Positions 9,466-19,129 of a DNA stretch of 64,000 bases are shown piece after piece (position 1 is the first letter of the stretch; every line of letters begins with the position of its first letter). Source of the stretch: Negativicutes bacterium (GTDB lineage: Bacteria > Bacillota > Negativicutes > UBA1444); assembly GCA_963665275.2 (NCBI GenBank), contig CAXXIN010000019.1, positions 160,001 through 224,000 of the forward strand. The letters run 5' to 3'. Made by a program: the position numbers and the translations under genes. The notes below the pieces were generated by a model that ran no database searches, was not told the DNA's origin, and worked only from the letters and a program-made list of their open reading frames with translations.

Positions 9466-11010
9466 CTATCTTCCAACGGTTCCGGTACTGTTGATCAATT
9501 TGTCGAGCATTTCATCCATGGTGGTGAGTACTCGTGCCGATGCGTTATAACCTTTCTGGAAGCGAATCATATTGGACATCTCTTCATCCAGGTTCACGCC
9601 GGAAACCGATTGCCGCCAGCTCTCGATCTGGTCGACTAATATTTGCTGATTTTCCGTAAGCCGAGTGGCGCTTTCGCCTTGGACACCCAATGCGCCGATC
9701 ATGGATGTATAAAAGCTGGAAAGGGAAGCTGAACTTCCGAGCGTTGCATTATATCCAGCGCCCAAAAGAGTGGTGTCCTGCACATTGATCCGGAGCGCCT
9801 GGCCCAATTTGAGAGCATTGGTTCCGCTGGCATCCCCTTCAGTGGCCAAAGCCTTCGCTGCAATTTTTTGCAACCCTGTCGGATTAGTTTTCTGGTCGTA
9901 GAATTCAGCGTTCACGCTCAGCTCCGAAATCCAATCCCCTTTCGTTTTGAAATTGGAATCGGCAGGATCCAGGTAAGAGGCATCATCGTATGGAGTGGAA
10001 CTCTCGCCGAAGAAATTGCGTCCGTTCACTTCATCTTCGCCATAACCGGCTCGGTGAATAGCGTTGAAATCCCGCAACAGAAATTCGCTGACGGTTGATA
10101 CCTGATTCAGATATCCTTTAACACCTGTTGTTGTATCATCGCGCATATCAATCAAGCCCTGCAGTTCACCACCGCCCAGCGTCACCGATACTCCATTGAC
10201 TTGCAAATTGAGCACCTCATAATTATAATCAGGATCCTTCGATGCATAGGTTTCAAGGGTTGTCGAGCGATTGGCGTTGACCAGAGTGAGCGAACCGCTT
10301 TGCACCGTGTAATTGCCGTCATTGTCCTCTGTGACTCTCACATTGACGAGTTGAGATAATTGGTCAACCAGCAAATCGCGCCGATCCCGAAGGTCATTGG
10401 CCGAACCGGAATTATTGTTTCCGATTTCGCTGGTGGAAATTTGTTTATTCAGCATTAAAATATCGGCCGAAATTTGGTTCACAGTGGACACTTTCAAACT
10501 CAAATCGGAGTTTATACCCGAAACAATATCGCGCAACTGGGTATTGGCCTGTTGAACGCTATCAACCAACTCCGCACCACGCTGAATTACCAAACTTCGA
10601 GTACTGTCATCGGATGCATTGGTTGCCAGCGACTGCCACGAGGACCAAAATTTGTCCAAAACAGTCTTAAGGCCCGTATCCGTTGGTTCATGAAAGACGC
10701 CTTCCACCTGTGAAAGTAAATTTTTCTGTGTTTCACCGTAACCAAGCGTCGAATTCTCTTTCCACATCTGCTGATCCATAAAAGTATCACGGGCGCGGGT
10801 AATCGACTGGATGTCCACCCCGGTTCCAAGCTGCATTCTGCCACTGGAGCCATAAATAGCTTCAGGCAAACTTGAACTCAGGTTTACCGCCTGCCTGGAA
10901 TATCCTGCGGTATTGGCGTTCGATATGTTATGCCCCACGGTATTCAGAGCGACCTGATTTGCAGTGAGTCCACGCACAAGCGTATTGAGCCCACCAAATG
11001 ATGAAGACAT
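9466..11010 (-). CDS. flgK: flagellar hook-associated protein 1
   Basis: GHNISNANTAGYSRQ, ANDLRDRRDLL, SVSGVNLDEEMSNMIRFQKGYNASARV. Confidence 0.97.
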   Translation of the reverse strand: MSSSFGGLNTLVRGLTANQVALNTVGHNISNANTAGYSRQAVNLSSSLPEAIYGSSGRMQLGTGVDIQSITRARDTFMDQQMWKENSTLGYGETQKNLLSQVEGVFHEPTDTGLKTVLDKFWSSWQSLATNASDDSTRSLVIQRGAELVDSVQQANTQLRDIVSGINSDLSLKVSTVNQISADILMLNKQISTSEIGNNNSGSANDLRDRRDLLVDQLSQLVNVRVTEDNDGNYTVQSGSLTLVNANRSTTLETYASKDPDYNYEVLNLQVNGVSVTLGGGELQGLIDMRDDTTTGVKGYLNQVSTVSEFLLRDFNAIHRAGYGEDEVNGRNFFGESSTPYDDASYLDPADSNFKTKGDWISELSVNAEFYDQKTNPTGLQKIAAKALATEGDASGTNALKLGQALRINVQDTTLLGAGYNATLGSSASLSSFYTSMIGALGVQGESATRLTENQQILVDQIESWRQSVSGVNLDEEMSNMIRFQKGYNASARVLTTMDEMLDKLINSTGTVGR

Positions 11011-11013
11011 CTG

Positions 11014-11511
11014 TTACACCCTCCTATCCAGCAGGGCTGATGCCGCCCTGGAAATCGGCGCTGTCCCGACAGGGGCGTAGGTGTTTTCCGCCTGACTCCG
11101 GGTCAGTAAATTCAGGTTATAGTTGACAAAAGCCAGCGCTTTTTCAGTTAATCTGGCATTGATCAAATTAAGGCTGGAAAGTTCTTTCAAAGTTAAGCTG
11201 AAATCAGTATTAAAAGTTCGAATACGCTCTGCGGTATCCTGATCAGCCAGATCCATCAACTCGGTCAATGTAGGTCGGTTGTTGGATAACCCACAGGTAG
11301 TAACAATAACGGCGGTCGCTTTCGCCCGCCGATGTTCCAGTTCGTTTCCCTGTATAACCAGCGATTCTTCCAGGCGATTGATAGCTTCGAGTTCACCCGG
11401 CTTTCCCTGGACCAGCTGACGCCGCTTTTCTCCACCGAGTTCCAGCAAACGCTGATACAGCGCCTGCATTTCGTCAAGCACTTCGATTAGGGACTGCCAC
11501 ATTTCCGTCAT
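11014..11511 (-). CDS. flgN: flagellar export chaperone FlgN
   Basis: Helical 165-aa protein between flgM and flgK; LN.IN..L...AL.F. Confidence 0.85.
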   Translation of the reverse strand: MTEMWQSLIEVLDEMQALYQRLLELGGEKRRQLVQGKPGELEAINRLEESLVIQGNELEHRRAKATAVIVTTCGLSNNRPTLTELMDLADQDTAERIRTFNTDFSLTLKELSSLNLINARLTEKALAFVNYNLNLLTRSQAENTYAPVGTAPISRAASALLDRRV

Positions 11512-11527
11512 TCGCGGCTCCCCCTAT

Positions 11528-11833
11528 TTATTTTAGTTTATCCGCCAGCGCACGACCGATCATCTGGTCAGCGATTTTCGAGGCGTCCACTTGGTATTGG
11601 CCGGACTCGATCTTAAGGCTGAGTTCGTTGACGCGGTCAGTCCGGACATCCGGCAGCGCTTTGATGGCTGATATTTTTTGCTGCAAGTCCTGCGCTTCGG
11701 TCGACAGGACGACTGCGTCGCTGCGTTGGGAAGCGGATTTGCCGGCCTCACGGGCCCCCTTGGCGGATTTTGACTGCTCCACACCATACACTTTGTTAGC
11801 ATTGTTGATGCCGCTGCTGCCTGAAATAATCAT
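11528..11833 (-). CDS. flgM: anti-sigma28 factor FlgM
   Basis: D.VVLS.EAQ...PDVRTDRVNEL..KIESGQYQVDASKIADQM. Confidence 0.93.
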   Translation of the reverse strand: MIISGSSGINNANKVYGVEQSKSAKGAREAGKSASQRSDAVVLSTEAQDLQQKISAIKALPDVRTDRVNELSLKIESGQYQVDASKIADQMIGRALADKLK

Positions 11834-11899
11834 AATTAACACCTCTTTATCCGAACTGTCTCGACTTTTTTTGGGTCTGCGACATTCTGTTCATAATAT

Positions 11900-11927
11900 A
11901 TATCGCAAAAATGGAGCCGGATATTAA
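11900..11927 (-). promoter_or_regulatory. sigma28 promoter of flgM operon
   Basis: TTAA-N16-TGCGATAT. Confidence 0.65.
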
Positions 11928-11960
11928 CCGACTCCACCTCTTTTTGAAAAATAATTTTTT

Positions 11961-12362
11961 CTAGCGGTTAAAACGGGTGTGAATTCCTTCACCGGGACGC
12001 TTGGCCGGAACCGGTTCGGCCGGTTTCTGGGCACTTCGGGGGTCAGCCTTGATCTGCTCGAGGACGCGGCGGCCACACTCGCCGCAGACGCGACCTTCGG
12101 TGATGAGCTTGCCGCATGTTTCGCAAGGGTACTCCACCTGAACATCTCCGGTGATTCGACCTTTTTTGATCATTTTTAGAATGGTTTTTTCTTCCACCCC
12201 GGTTGCTTCATGCACTTCGGGGATCGAGGCCCGCCGGTGATCCCGCAGATATCTCGCCACTTTTTCTTCATTCTCTTCTTCGGCCCGGTAGCAGTCCGGA
12301 CACATTCCTGAAGGGTTCTGCATGAACAGTTTTCCGCACTCCTTGCAATTCGCCAATCCCAT
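11961..12362 (-). CDS. YvyF-family Zn-ribbon flagellar operon protein
   Basis: LANCKECGKLF...CPDC...CETCGK...CGEC; start placed at MGLANC after a purine-rich RBS. Confidence 0.85.
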   Translation of the reverse strand: MGLANCKECGKLFMQNPSGMCPDCYRAEEENEEKVARYLRDHRRASIPEVHEATGVEEKTILKMIKKGRITGDVQVEYPCETCGKLITEGRVCGECGRRVLEQIKADPRSAQKPAEPVPAKRPGEGIHTRFNR

Positions 12363-12615
12363 GCCGTCCCATCCTTCCATTTGCATTAATTCCAATCTTA
12401 TTATAATATATACCGGCGAGGTCGAAAAAGGCAACAGGTTCGATCGGCGCAATTTTTTTTCTGACGGCGGTGAAAATCCAGCAGGATTCTCTCTGTCGTT
12501 ATCAAATATTAAACAAATATCAGATCGCAAGAATTACGTCCCCAAACGCATGGATGTCTGATATACTGTAGGTACTGTTGCAATGCATTTTACGACAGGA
12601 AAGGTGTCATGCTGC

Positions 12616-13212
12616 ATGAGCAAAACAACGGCCCCAGCTGCTGCTAAAGTAGCGACTCCCGTCATCGACAACGCAATCGTTGAGAATCTGATTCAGCTGC
12701 TCAAGCTCAAGAATCACCGGATTTGCCAGCACAGCTTTCAGGTGGCGAACTATGCCGTCAGCATTGCGGCCCAGATGCGTCTGCCCAAGGAAGAGATCGA
12801 GCGAATCCGTATGGCGGCGGTGCTGCATGACATCGGACAGCTCTCTGTCCCCAACGCCATCATGTCCAAACTCCCCTATCTCAGCGCGCGCGAAACGAGC
12901 CTGTATCGAGGGCATTGCAATGCGGGAGCGGCGATGTTGGAGAATATTGAGGCTTTCACCGAATTCATTCCCTATATCCGTTTCCACCATGAACAGTGGG
13001 ACGGCAAGGGATATCCGAAGCGCCTGAAGGGCGTGAACATTCCGCTCGGCGCCCGCATCCTCGCGGTCGCCAACTATTACGACCGTTTCATCAACCCCTG
13101 CGAGCAAAACTGGGTCAAAACGAAAAAAGAAGCGGTGAAGGAACTCAACAACATCGCCGGCACCGTCCTCGACCCCGAAGTCGTCAAAGCCTTCATCAAC
13201 GCTTTGGGGTAG
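12616..13212 (+). CDS. stand-alone HD-GYP domain protein (putative c-di-GMP phosphodiesterase)
   Basis: HS..VA, LHDIG, HHEQWDGKGYP, ARILAVAN; start after GGAAAGGTG RBS. Confidence 0.9.
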   Translation: MSKTTAPAAAKVATPVIDNAIVENLIQLLKLKNHRICQHSFQVANYAVSIAAQMRLPKEEIERIRMAAVLHDIGQLSVPNAIMSKLPYLSARETSLYRGHCNAGAAMLENIEAFTEFIPYIRFHHEQWDGKGYPKRLKGVNIPLGARILAVANYYDRFINPCEQNWVKTKKEAVKELNNIAGTVLDPEVVKAFINALG

Positions 13213-13245
13213 GTGACAGGCACCGGTTTCTCTGACATTTATGGA
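13212..13245 (+). repeat. REP-like element copy 1
   Basis: GGTGACAGGCACC-GGTTTCTCTGACATTTATGGA starting on the last base of the HD-GYP TAG stop. Confidence 0.85.
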
Positions 13246-13257
13246 TGAATTGTCCAG

Positions 13258-13917
13258 TTAGCCGTTGGCTAGAGCGAGTGCATGTACGCTGGATGCGCCG
13301 GTCTGGCGCAGAACGAGGGCGCATTCTTCGAGGGTGCGGCCAGTGGTGACGATATCATCGACGAGCAGAATCTGACGACCTTGGATGAGATCTGGCGCGT
13401 TTACGAAAAACGCGCCTTTTATATTTTCTGCCCGTTCCCGTCGATCCAGCTCCCATTGCGGCGAAGTGGGCCGTCGCCTCTGGAGCAGATCGCCTCCCCA
13501 CTCCAGCCCCTGCCCGACGCACCAGTCGTGAAAGAGCAGATCAACTTGGTTGTAGCCACGTTCCTCCCTCCGGCTCACCGACAGGGGCACGGGGATTGCC
13601 AATGCGCCACAGAGAGGTAATCCTGCCAGTTCCACCTCATCCGCCATCGACAGCAGCCATGCCAAAGGCGCCGCGTTTCCGCGGCGCCTTTGAAATTTCA
13701 GTCCATGCAGCAGGCTGCGGACCGCGCCCCTATATCCGGTGAGCACCTGGCAACTCTCGATATGCCGCATCCCCCGCTCCGCCACATCCAGTCGCCGCGG
13801 ATTCCACAGTTCATTCAGGCAGCTCGCGCACCAGGCGCCACCTCTGCCGACTTCCGCCCCGCAGCCTGGGCAGTTGGGCGGAAATACCAGCTGCAGCAGG
13901 GTCTGCAGCCAGCTCAC
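13258..13917 (-). CDS. comF: ComF family competence protein (Zn ribbon + PRTase)
   Basis: FPPNCPGC...CASC, IPVPLS..R.EERGYNQ, LLVDDIVTTGRT. Confidence 0.92.
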   Translation of the reverse strand: MSWLQTLLQLVFPPNCPGCGAEVGRGGAWCASCLNELWNPRRLDVAERGMRHIESCQVLTGYRGAVRSLLHGLKFQRRRGNAAPLAWLLSMADEVELAGLPLCGALAIPVPLSVSRREERGYNQVDLLFHDWCVGQGLEWGGDLLQRRRPTSPQWELDRRERAENIKGAFFVNAPDLIQGRQILLVDDIVTTGRTLEECALVLRQTGASSVHALALANG

Positions 13918-16064
13918 GTGAAATCTTCCTGCCGCAGGCGTTCCGCCAGGAGCGAATGACGGCGGCGCGTCCGGTCGTTGGAAACCGCCGTGCCGAGCGC
14001 CGCGCTCGACCCCACCAGGATGACGCGCTGCTTCGCGCGGGTGATCGCCGTATACAGCAGATTCCGCTGCAGCATGACATAGTGCCCGCTCACCAGCGTC
14101 AGGATGACGATGGGATACTCACTGCCCTGGCTTTTGTGCACGCTCATCGCGTACGCCGGCGCCAGCGAATCCAGCTCGCTCCGGTCATACGGGACATCAC
14201 CCTCTGGGTAGCGGACGAGCACCATCTCGTCATCCATGTCCGCCACACGGCCGATGTCGCCGTTGAACACGCCTTTGTCGTAATCGTTGCGGGTCTGCAT
14301 GACCTTGTCGCCGACCCGGAAAATCTTCCCGGCGTGCGCCGCCTCAAGCTTGCCCCGCATCGGCGGATTCAGCGCCGCCTGCAACACTTTATTCAAGTTT
14401 TCGACGCCGCAGGCCAGCCGATGCATCGGCGAGAGCACCTGCACATCGCGTCCGACATTCACACCTTCATTCGGCAGTTCCTGCTGACACAGCTGCACGA
14501 CCAGCGCCGCCGCCGCTTCATCATTCTCCACTTCCCGCAGCTGAAAATCGCGGGTCGTCCGCACATCCGGAAACTGTCCCCGATTGATCCGATGCGCATT
14601 CACCACGATCGGACTTTGCCCCGCCTGACGGAAGATCTCGGTCAGGCGCACCACCGGTGTCGTCTCTGACCGGATAATATCCTTCAGCACCGAACCCGGT
14701 CCCACCGCCGGCAGCTGATCGACGTCGCCCACGAGTACGATGCGGCAGCCGTTCGGCGTCGCCCGCAGCAGATAATACATTAAGAGAATATCCATCATCG
14801 AAACTTCGTCCACGATGATCACGTCAGCATCGATCGGGTTTTCTTCGCCCCTTCCAAACACCGCCCGCCCACCGCGCGACCCTGCCGCTTCCAACAGTCG
14901 GTGCACCGTCAACGCTTCGCGCCCTGTCGCCTCCGACAGCCTTTTGGCGGCACGGCCCGTCGGCGCGGCCAGCACGATCTTGCAGCCCTGCATCGACAGC
15001 ACGTTCAGCACGGCCTGCACTGTCGTCGTTTTGCCTGTGCCCGGTCCGCCTGTCATGACCAGCACGCCGTGGCTGCTTGCCGCCCGCACCGCCTCGCGCT
15101 GCGCTTCAGCCAGCTGGATTCCCTTCTCCCGTTCGAACTTCTCCGTCATCGCCGCGACATCCGCTTCTTTCAGTTGTTTCGCCGAATCGCGCAGTTTGAG
15201 CAGGCGCGCCGCCACCTGGCGTTCCGCGTGATACAGATGATCAGGATAAATCAGCGTGCCGCCGCGCGCATCTTCCTTGGCGATCGTTCCCTGCCGCAGC
15301 AGCTGGGACAAAACTTCCGCCACGGAATAACTATCGCAGCCCAGCTCTTTCACCGCCGCCTGCACGAGCACATCCTCCGGCACACAGGTGTGGCCGGTAT
15401 CCGCCGTGCCAAGCAGCGCATAACGGATTCCCGCCGCGATCCGGGCGAAATCCTCCGCCTGGGCGCCGCAGGCTAGTGCGATCCGGTCCGCGATGCGAAA
15501 TCCGATGCCGTCGACCTCTTCCGCCAGCCGATACGGATCCTGCTCGATCACCGGCACGGCTTCCTCGCCGTACACCGTGTGGATTCTGCGGGCGTACGCG
15601 CCGGGAATCCCGTGGGACTCGAGGAAGAACATCAGATCCCGCAGCTCCGCCTTCGAAGAAAAAGATTCCACGATCATTGCCAGTTTCTTGGGTCCGATCC
15701 CTTCGATCTCCAGCAGATGCCGCGGCTCCCGCTCGAGGATATCGAGAGTCTTCAAGCCGAACCGGGCCACCATGCGAGCCGCCATGGCCGGTCCGATCCC
15801 CTTCACAGCCCCTGAGCCGAGGAAACGTTCGATGGCAGGCAGCGTTGCAGGCAGGATACGGCGCATCCCTTCGCCGCGGAACTGCCGTCCATACTTCGCA
15901 TGAACCGTCCACGTACCGGATACTTCGATCTCTTCACCTGGCAGCGGCGCTCCCACGCGCCCCGCCACCACTACCATCCCCTGCTCTGTTTTCAGCCGAA
16001 ACACGACATATTCGTCCTGCCCCTGAAAGGTTATATTTTCGACCACTCCGGCCAATGTATCCAT
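13914..16064 (-). CDS. recD2: ATP-dependent RecD2-like DNA helicase
   Basis: HhH KGIG motifs, TGGPGTGKTT, APTGRAAKR, VDEVSM, GDVDQLP.VG, HKSQGSEY, LYTAITRA. Confidence 0.95.
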   Translation of the reverse strand: MDTLAGVVENITFQGQDEYVVFRLKTEQGMVVVAGRVGAPLPGEEIEVSGTWTVHAKYGRQFRGEGMRRILPATLPAIERFLGSGAVKGIGPAMAARMVARFGLKTLDILEREPRHLLEIEGIGPKKLAMIVESFSSKAELRDLMFFLESHGIPGAYARRIHTVYGEEAVPVIEQDPYRLAEEVDGIGFRIADRIALACGAQAEDFARIAAGIRYALLGTADTGHTCVPEDVLVQAAVKELGCDSYSVAEVLSQLLRQGTIAKEDARGGTLIYPDHLYHAERQVAARLLKLRDSAKQLKEADVAAMTEKFEREKGIQLAEAQREAVRAASSHGVLVMTGGPGTGKTTTVQAVLNVLSMQGCKIVLAAPTGRAAKRLSEATGREALTVHRLLEAAGSRGGRAVFGRGEENPIDADVIIVDEVSMMDILLMYYLLRATPNGCRIVLVGDVDQLPAVGPGSVLKDIIRSETTPVVRLTEIFRQAGQSPIVVNAHRINRGQFPDVRTTRDFQLREVENDEAAAALVVQLCQQELPNEGVNVGRDVQVLSPMHRLACGVENLNKVLQAALNPPMRGKLEAAHAGKIFRVGDKVMQTRNDYDKGVFNGDIGRVADMDDEMVLVRYPEGDVPYDRSELDSLAPAYAMSVHKSQGSEYPIVILTLVSGHYVMLQRNLLYTAITRAKQRVILVGSSAALGTAVSNDRTRRRHSLLAERLRQEDFT

Positions 16065-16211
16065 CGTTACGTTTCTCTCCGATTTCTTCGTCTGCCAATG
16101 AAATAATTATTATTTTTATCAGCAGGATTTTCGATAATTATATCGTATCTAATAAAGCGTGTGATATGCCCCAAACATATTTCAGGAAAGAAGAAGGAGC
16201 CAGCCCGCATC

Positions 16212-16358
16212 ATGAAAGAATGCATGTATTCCTACCATTACCACCGGAACCGCGCCATCGTGCGCAGAGACAGAACAGGGACCCGCTTATTATTCGGAAT
16301 TCTGGGACTCGCAACGCTTTACGGCGTTTATTGCCTCAGCACACTGGTCCGATCCTAA
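16212..16358 (+). CDS. small single-TM hypothetical protein
   Basis: GAAGGAG RBS, hydrophobic LLFGILGLATLYGVYCL, followed by a terminator. Confidence 0.45.
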   Translation: MKECMYSYHYHRNRAIVRRDRTGTRLLFGILGLATLYGVYCLSTLVRS

Positions 16359-16379
16359 AGTTTTACCAGCGTTATAGTC

Positions 16380-16414
16380 AAAACCGGAGGATGAAAACCC
16401 TCCGGTCTTTTTTT
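16380..16414. terminator. bidirectional intrinsic terminator
   Basis: ACCGGAGG/CCTCCGGT stem with A and T tracts between convergent ORFs. Confidence 0.75.
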
Positions 16415-16417
16415 ATT

Positions 16418-17086
16418 TTATTCCACATATACGATCTTGTGTTTGATGGCGAACAACACCGCCTGCGTCCGATCCGTCACTTGAATCTTGCGAAAAATAT
16501 TCGTCAGATGGTTTTTGACCGTTTTTTCGCTGAGAAACAATTCGCGGGCAATCTCCGCATTGCTCATGCCTTTGCCGACGAGCCGCAACACCTCGATTTC
16601 TCGGACGGACAATCGGTCGCTATCGAGTGTACCCGGTGGCGAAGGCGCCAACTTCTGCTCTTCCTGGCTGGTAATACCGCGAAACAACTTCTTGGTGAGG
16701 GAAGGCTCGACATAAGATTCTCCGGCATGCACCCGTCGGATCGCCTGCACCATCATCGAAGGCTCCACATCTTTCAGCAGGTATCCGGCCGCGCCGCTCT
16801 GGATCATTTTCATCATATAGTTTTCATCGTCGTGAATCGTCAACGCCAGGATCCTGATCTCCGGGCACAGTTCCCGCAGCTTGGCAGCCACCTCAATGCC
16901 GGTCGCCTTGGGCATGTTGATGTCGAGCAGCAGCAGGTCCGGGCGCAGCGCGATAGCCTGGGTGACTGCTTCTTCCCCGTCGGCAGCCTCCCCGACGATC
17001 TCAAAGTCTGGTTCCAATGACAAAAAGTTTCTAATACCCTGGCGCAACAAAGGATGATCATCCGCGATGAGAATACGAATTGGCAT
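16418..17086 (-). CDS. NarL/DegU-family response regulator
   Basis: [45 protein letters not shown]. Confidence 0.93.
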   Translation of the reverse strand: MPIRILIADDHPLLRQGIRNFLSLEPDFEIVGEAADGEEAVTQAIALRPDLLLLDINMPKATGIEVAAKLRELCPEIRILALTIHDDENYMMKMIQSGAAGYLLKDVEPSMMVQAIRRVHAGESYVEPSLTKKLFRGITSQEEQKLAPSPPGTLDSDRLSVREIEVLRLVGKGMSNAEIARELFLSEKTVKNHLTNIFRKIQVTDRTQAVLFAIKHKIVYVE

Positions 17087-17107
17087 GTTGCCCACTCCTC
17101 CCATCCG

Positions 17108-18454
17108 CTATTTCACGATTTTTGCTTTCAAAAAGATCACAACTTCTGTTTCATCCTTGGTTGAAGTCACGCTTTGGAACAGTTTGCCGAGAATCGGCAG
17201 GTCGCCGAGGAAAGGGACCTTGTTGACACCTTTGATATCAGAAGTGGAAATCAATCCGCCGATTACCAACGTGGCGCCATCCTTCATCCGTACGTTCGTC
17301 TGCGCCGAACGGGTCTTGATCTCGTAGGCCGTCGTGCCGGATATTACGACTTTACTGGGAATGGACACTTCGACAAAAACGCTGGCGGTGATGTTCTCGT
17401 CCTCGTTGATGCGAGGCACGTAGGCCAAAGTAATGCCGGCATTCTTGTAAGTTGTGGTATTGGTAGTTGTTCCATTGGTGGTGGTCGGCGTAACGATCGG
17501 CAACTGGTCGCCGATAAAGATGGTCGCCTTGTTGCCATTGAACGTCATGACGTTCGGTCGCGCCAGGATTTTGGCATCTCCGTTGGTAATGAGCGCATTG
17601 ATCTTGGCCGTGACGCCGCTAAGACCGAAAGTATATTGTTTCCCATCGCCAGCCGTAAAAACTGCAATAGGGAGCGAGGCAACGGTTGTTGAACTGCTTG
17701 AAGAGGAGGATTCGGGTTGCGTCTGGGATACCGTGCCCCAAGTCCAGTCGATCCCCAGTTCCTTGGATGCCGATTTGGAAAGGTTGATCACCTGGGCTTC
17801 CAACAAAATCTGTTGGTAGGGAACGTCCAGTTCTTTGAGCAGCTGCCTTACTTTCTCTATCTGTTCCGGCGCACCGTAAGCGATGATCGAGTTGGTCGAG
17901 GCGTCGGTATTGATGACCAGTCCCTTGATGCCTGAGCTGTTGGCGCTGGAAGCGGTCGCTCCGCCGGCCGTCGTTTTCAGGGTCCCGGCATCCGATCCGC
18001 TGCTGGCCCCGGGGTTCTCCACCGCGAATTCACTGTCGCTCTTGCCGCCGCCGACGATGATGTTCTTGATATGGTCAGCCCTGGCATATTTCAGCGTGAA
18101 AACGTTCGCCTGACTAAACCCTTTCTCCATCTTCTCCTGAGTGGAAAAAACGAGGACATTGCCTGTCCGATAGAGACTGAGACCCTTTGTCTTCGTAATA
18201 ATTTCCAACGCCGAATCAAAGGGAATGTTCTTGAAATCGACGCTGATGCGGCCGGTGACAGCATCATCGATAACCACATTGACCCTGCCGATTGACGCCA
18301 ATCCCGTCAGCACATCCCGAACATCGGCATCCACTACGGACATCGAAACCATCGGACTATACGCGTAAGCGAACGCCGTAGCTCCCGTTGACAGCAGCCC
18401 GACGAAACAGGCCACACAAAGAATCATTTTCCACCTTTTGAAGCCTGAATTCAT
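17108..18454 (-). CDS. secretin (PilQ/GspD family)
   Basis: Signal peptide; QILLEAQVI, AKILARP, GITL...PRI, GATLVIGGL, KVPFLGDLPILGKLF. Confidence 0.92.
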   Translation of the reverse strand: MNSGFKRWKMILCVACFVGLLSTGATAFAYAYSPMVSMSVVDADVRDVLTGLASIGRVNVVIDDAVTGRISVDFKNIPFDSALEIITKTKGLSLYRTGNVLVFSTQEKMEKGFSQANVFTLKYARADHIKNIIVGGGKSDSEFAVENPGASSGSDAGTLKTTAGGATASSANSSGIKGLVINTDASTNSIIAYGAPEQIEKVRQLLKELDVPYQQILLEAQVINLSKSASKELGIDWTWGTVSQTQPESSSSSSSTTVASLPIAVFTAGDGKQYTFGLSGVTAKINALITNGDAKILARPNVMTFNGNKATIFIGDQLPIVTPTTTNGTTTNTTTYKNAGITLAYVPRINEDENITASVFVEVSIPSKVVISGTTAYEIKTRSAQTNVRMKDGATLVIGGLISTSDIKGVNKVPFLGDLPILGKLFQSVTSTKDETEVVIFLKAKIVK

Positions 18455-18458
18455 TTCA

Positions 18459-18980
18459 TCACTGTCCCATCGTTAATACTTTGGTCCCTGAGGGGCCTTC
18501 GAGCGTCACGGAGTTGCCGCCGATGGAGGCGACCCTGTAGGAACCAGCCGATTCACCAACCCGATAGGAGCGGCTAATGGTTCCCTGTCTGAGGATAGCC
18601 ACCCGGGAACCTTCTCCGACGATGACACCGGTCAGCTTCGGCAACGGTCCGGCGCTAAAAGCTTGCCCCCCTTTGGTCGGCGAAGCGCCGTTAGGAGGAT
18701 TGCTGCTGGAAACTGCCAACAACGCCGCATACTCGGCAGGCGGCGAAAAAATATCGCGCGTCACCTGGCCAACTGTTGAGGTTCCTTGCGGCATCATCGG
18801 TGTGCTCGTATTAATGACACTCGTGCCTGGCTTTCCAACAGGAGTCGCGGCTGCCGGGACAACGGGATCTGGCGCTGCCACCGGCGTCGGGGTGCTGGGT
18901 TCATATAGCAGCAGCGCCGCGGCAATCGCCGCCACACCCACTAGGACAATGAGGAACAGTCTTTTCTTGCTATCTTTCAT
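18459..18980 (-). CDS. PilP/GspC-like membrane-anchored pilus assembly protein
   Basis: N-terminal TM, RDIF, KLTGVI.G...AIL, G...G.YRV..I beta domain; directly upstream of the secretin. Confidence 0.6.
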   Translation of the reverse strand: MKDSKKRLFLIVLVGVAAIAAALLLYEPSTPTPVAAPDPVVPAAATPVGKPGTSVINTSTPMMPQGTSTVGQVTRDIFSPPAEYAALLAVSSSNPPNGASPTKGGQAFSAGPLPKLTGVIVGEGSRVAILRQGTISRSYRVGESAGSYRVASIGGNSVTLEGPSGTKVLTMGQ

Positions 18981-19044
18981 ACCTGTGGCATATCCCCTTT
19001 GTGGAACTGTCGATAATAGATATTGTATATACTTTAAAATACTT

Positions 19045-19070
19045 ATTCAACCATAAGAGGAAAACTCCTG
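19045..19070 (-). promoter_or_regulatory. SigH-like promoter of the secretin operon
   Basis: CAGGA-N17-GAAT. Confidence 0.5.
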
Positions 19071-19129
19071 TATTTTGTGGATTATTTTATGCATCGCATC
19101 GAAACATCCGCCGTCGTCAAGCCCGATTT

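Noticed and set aside
11961-12530. Longer ORF-track starts for yvyF, abiEii (31517), abiEi (32091), the nucleotidyltransferase (21919) and RTX1 C-part (39159)
   Set aside because: The extensions run through promoters or neighbouring genes; downstream starts have an RBS or translational coupling, and the RTX1 C-part is a frameshift continuation.
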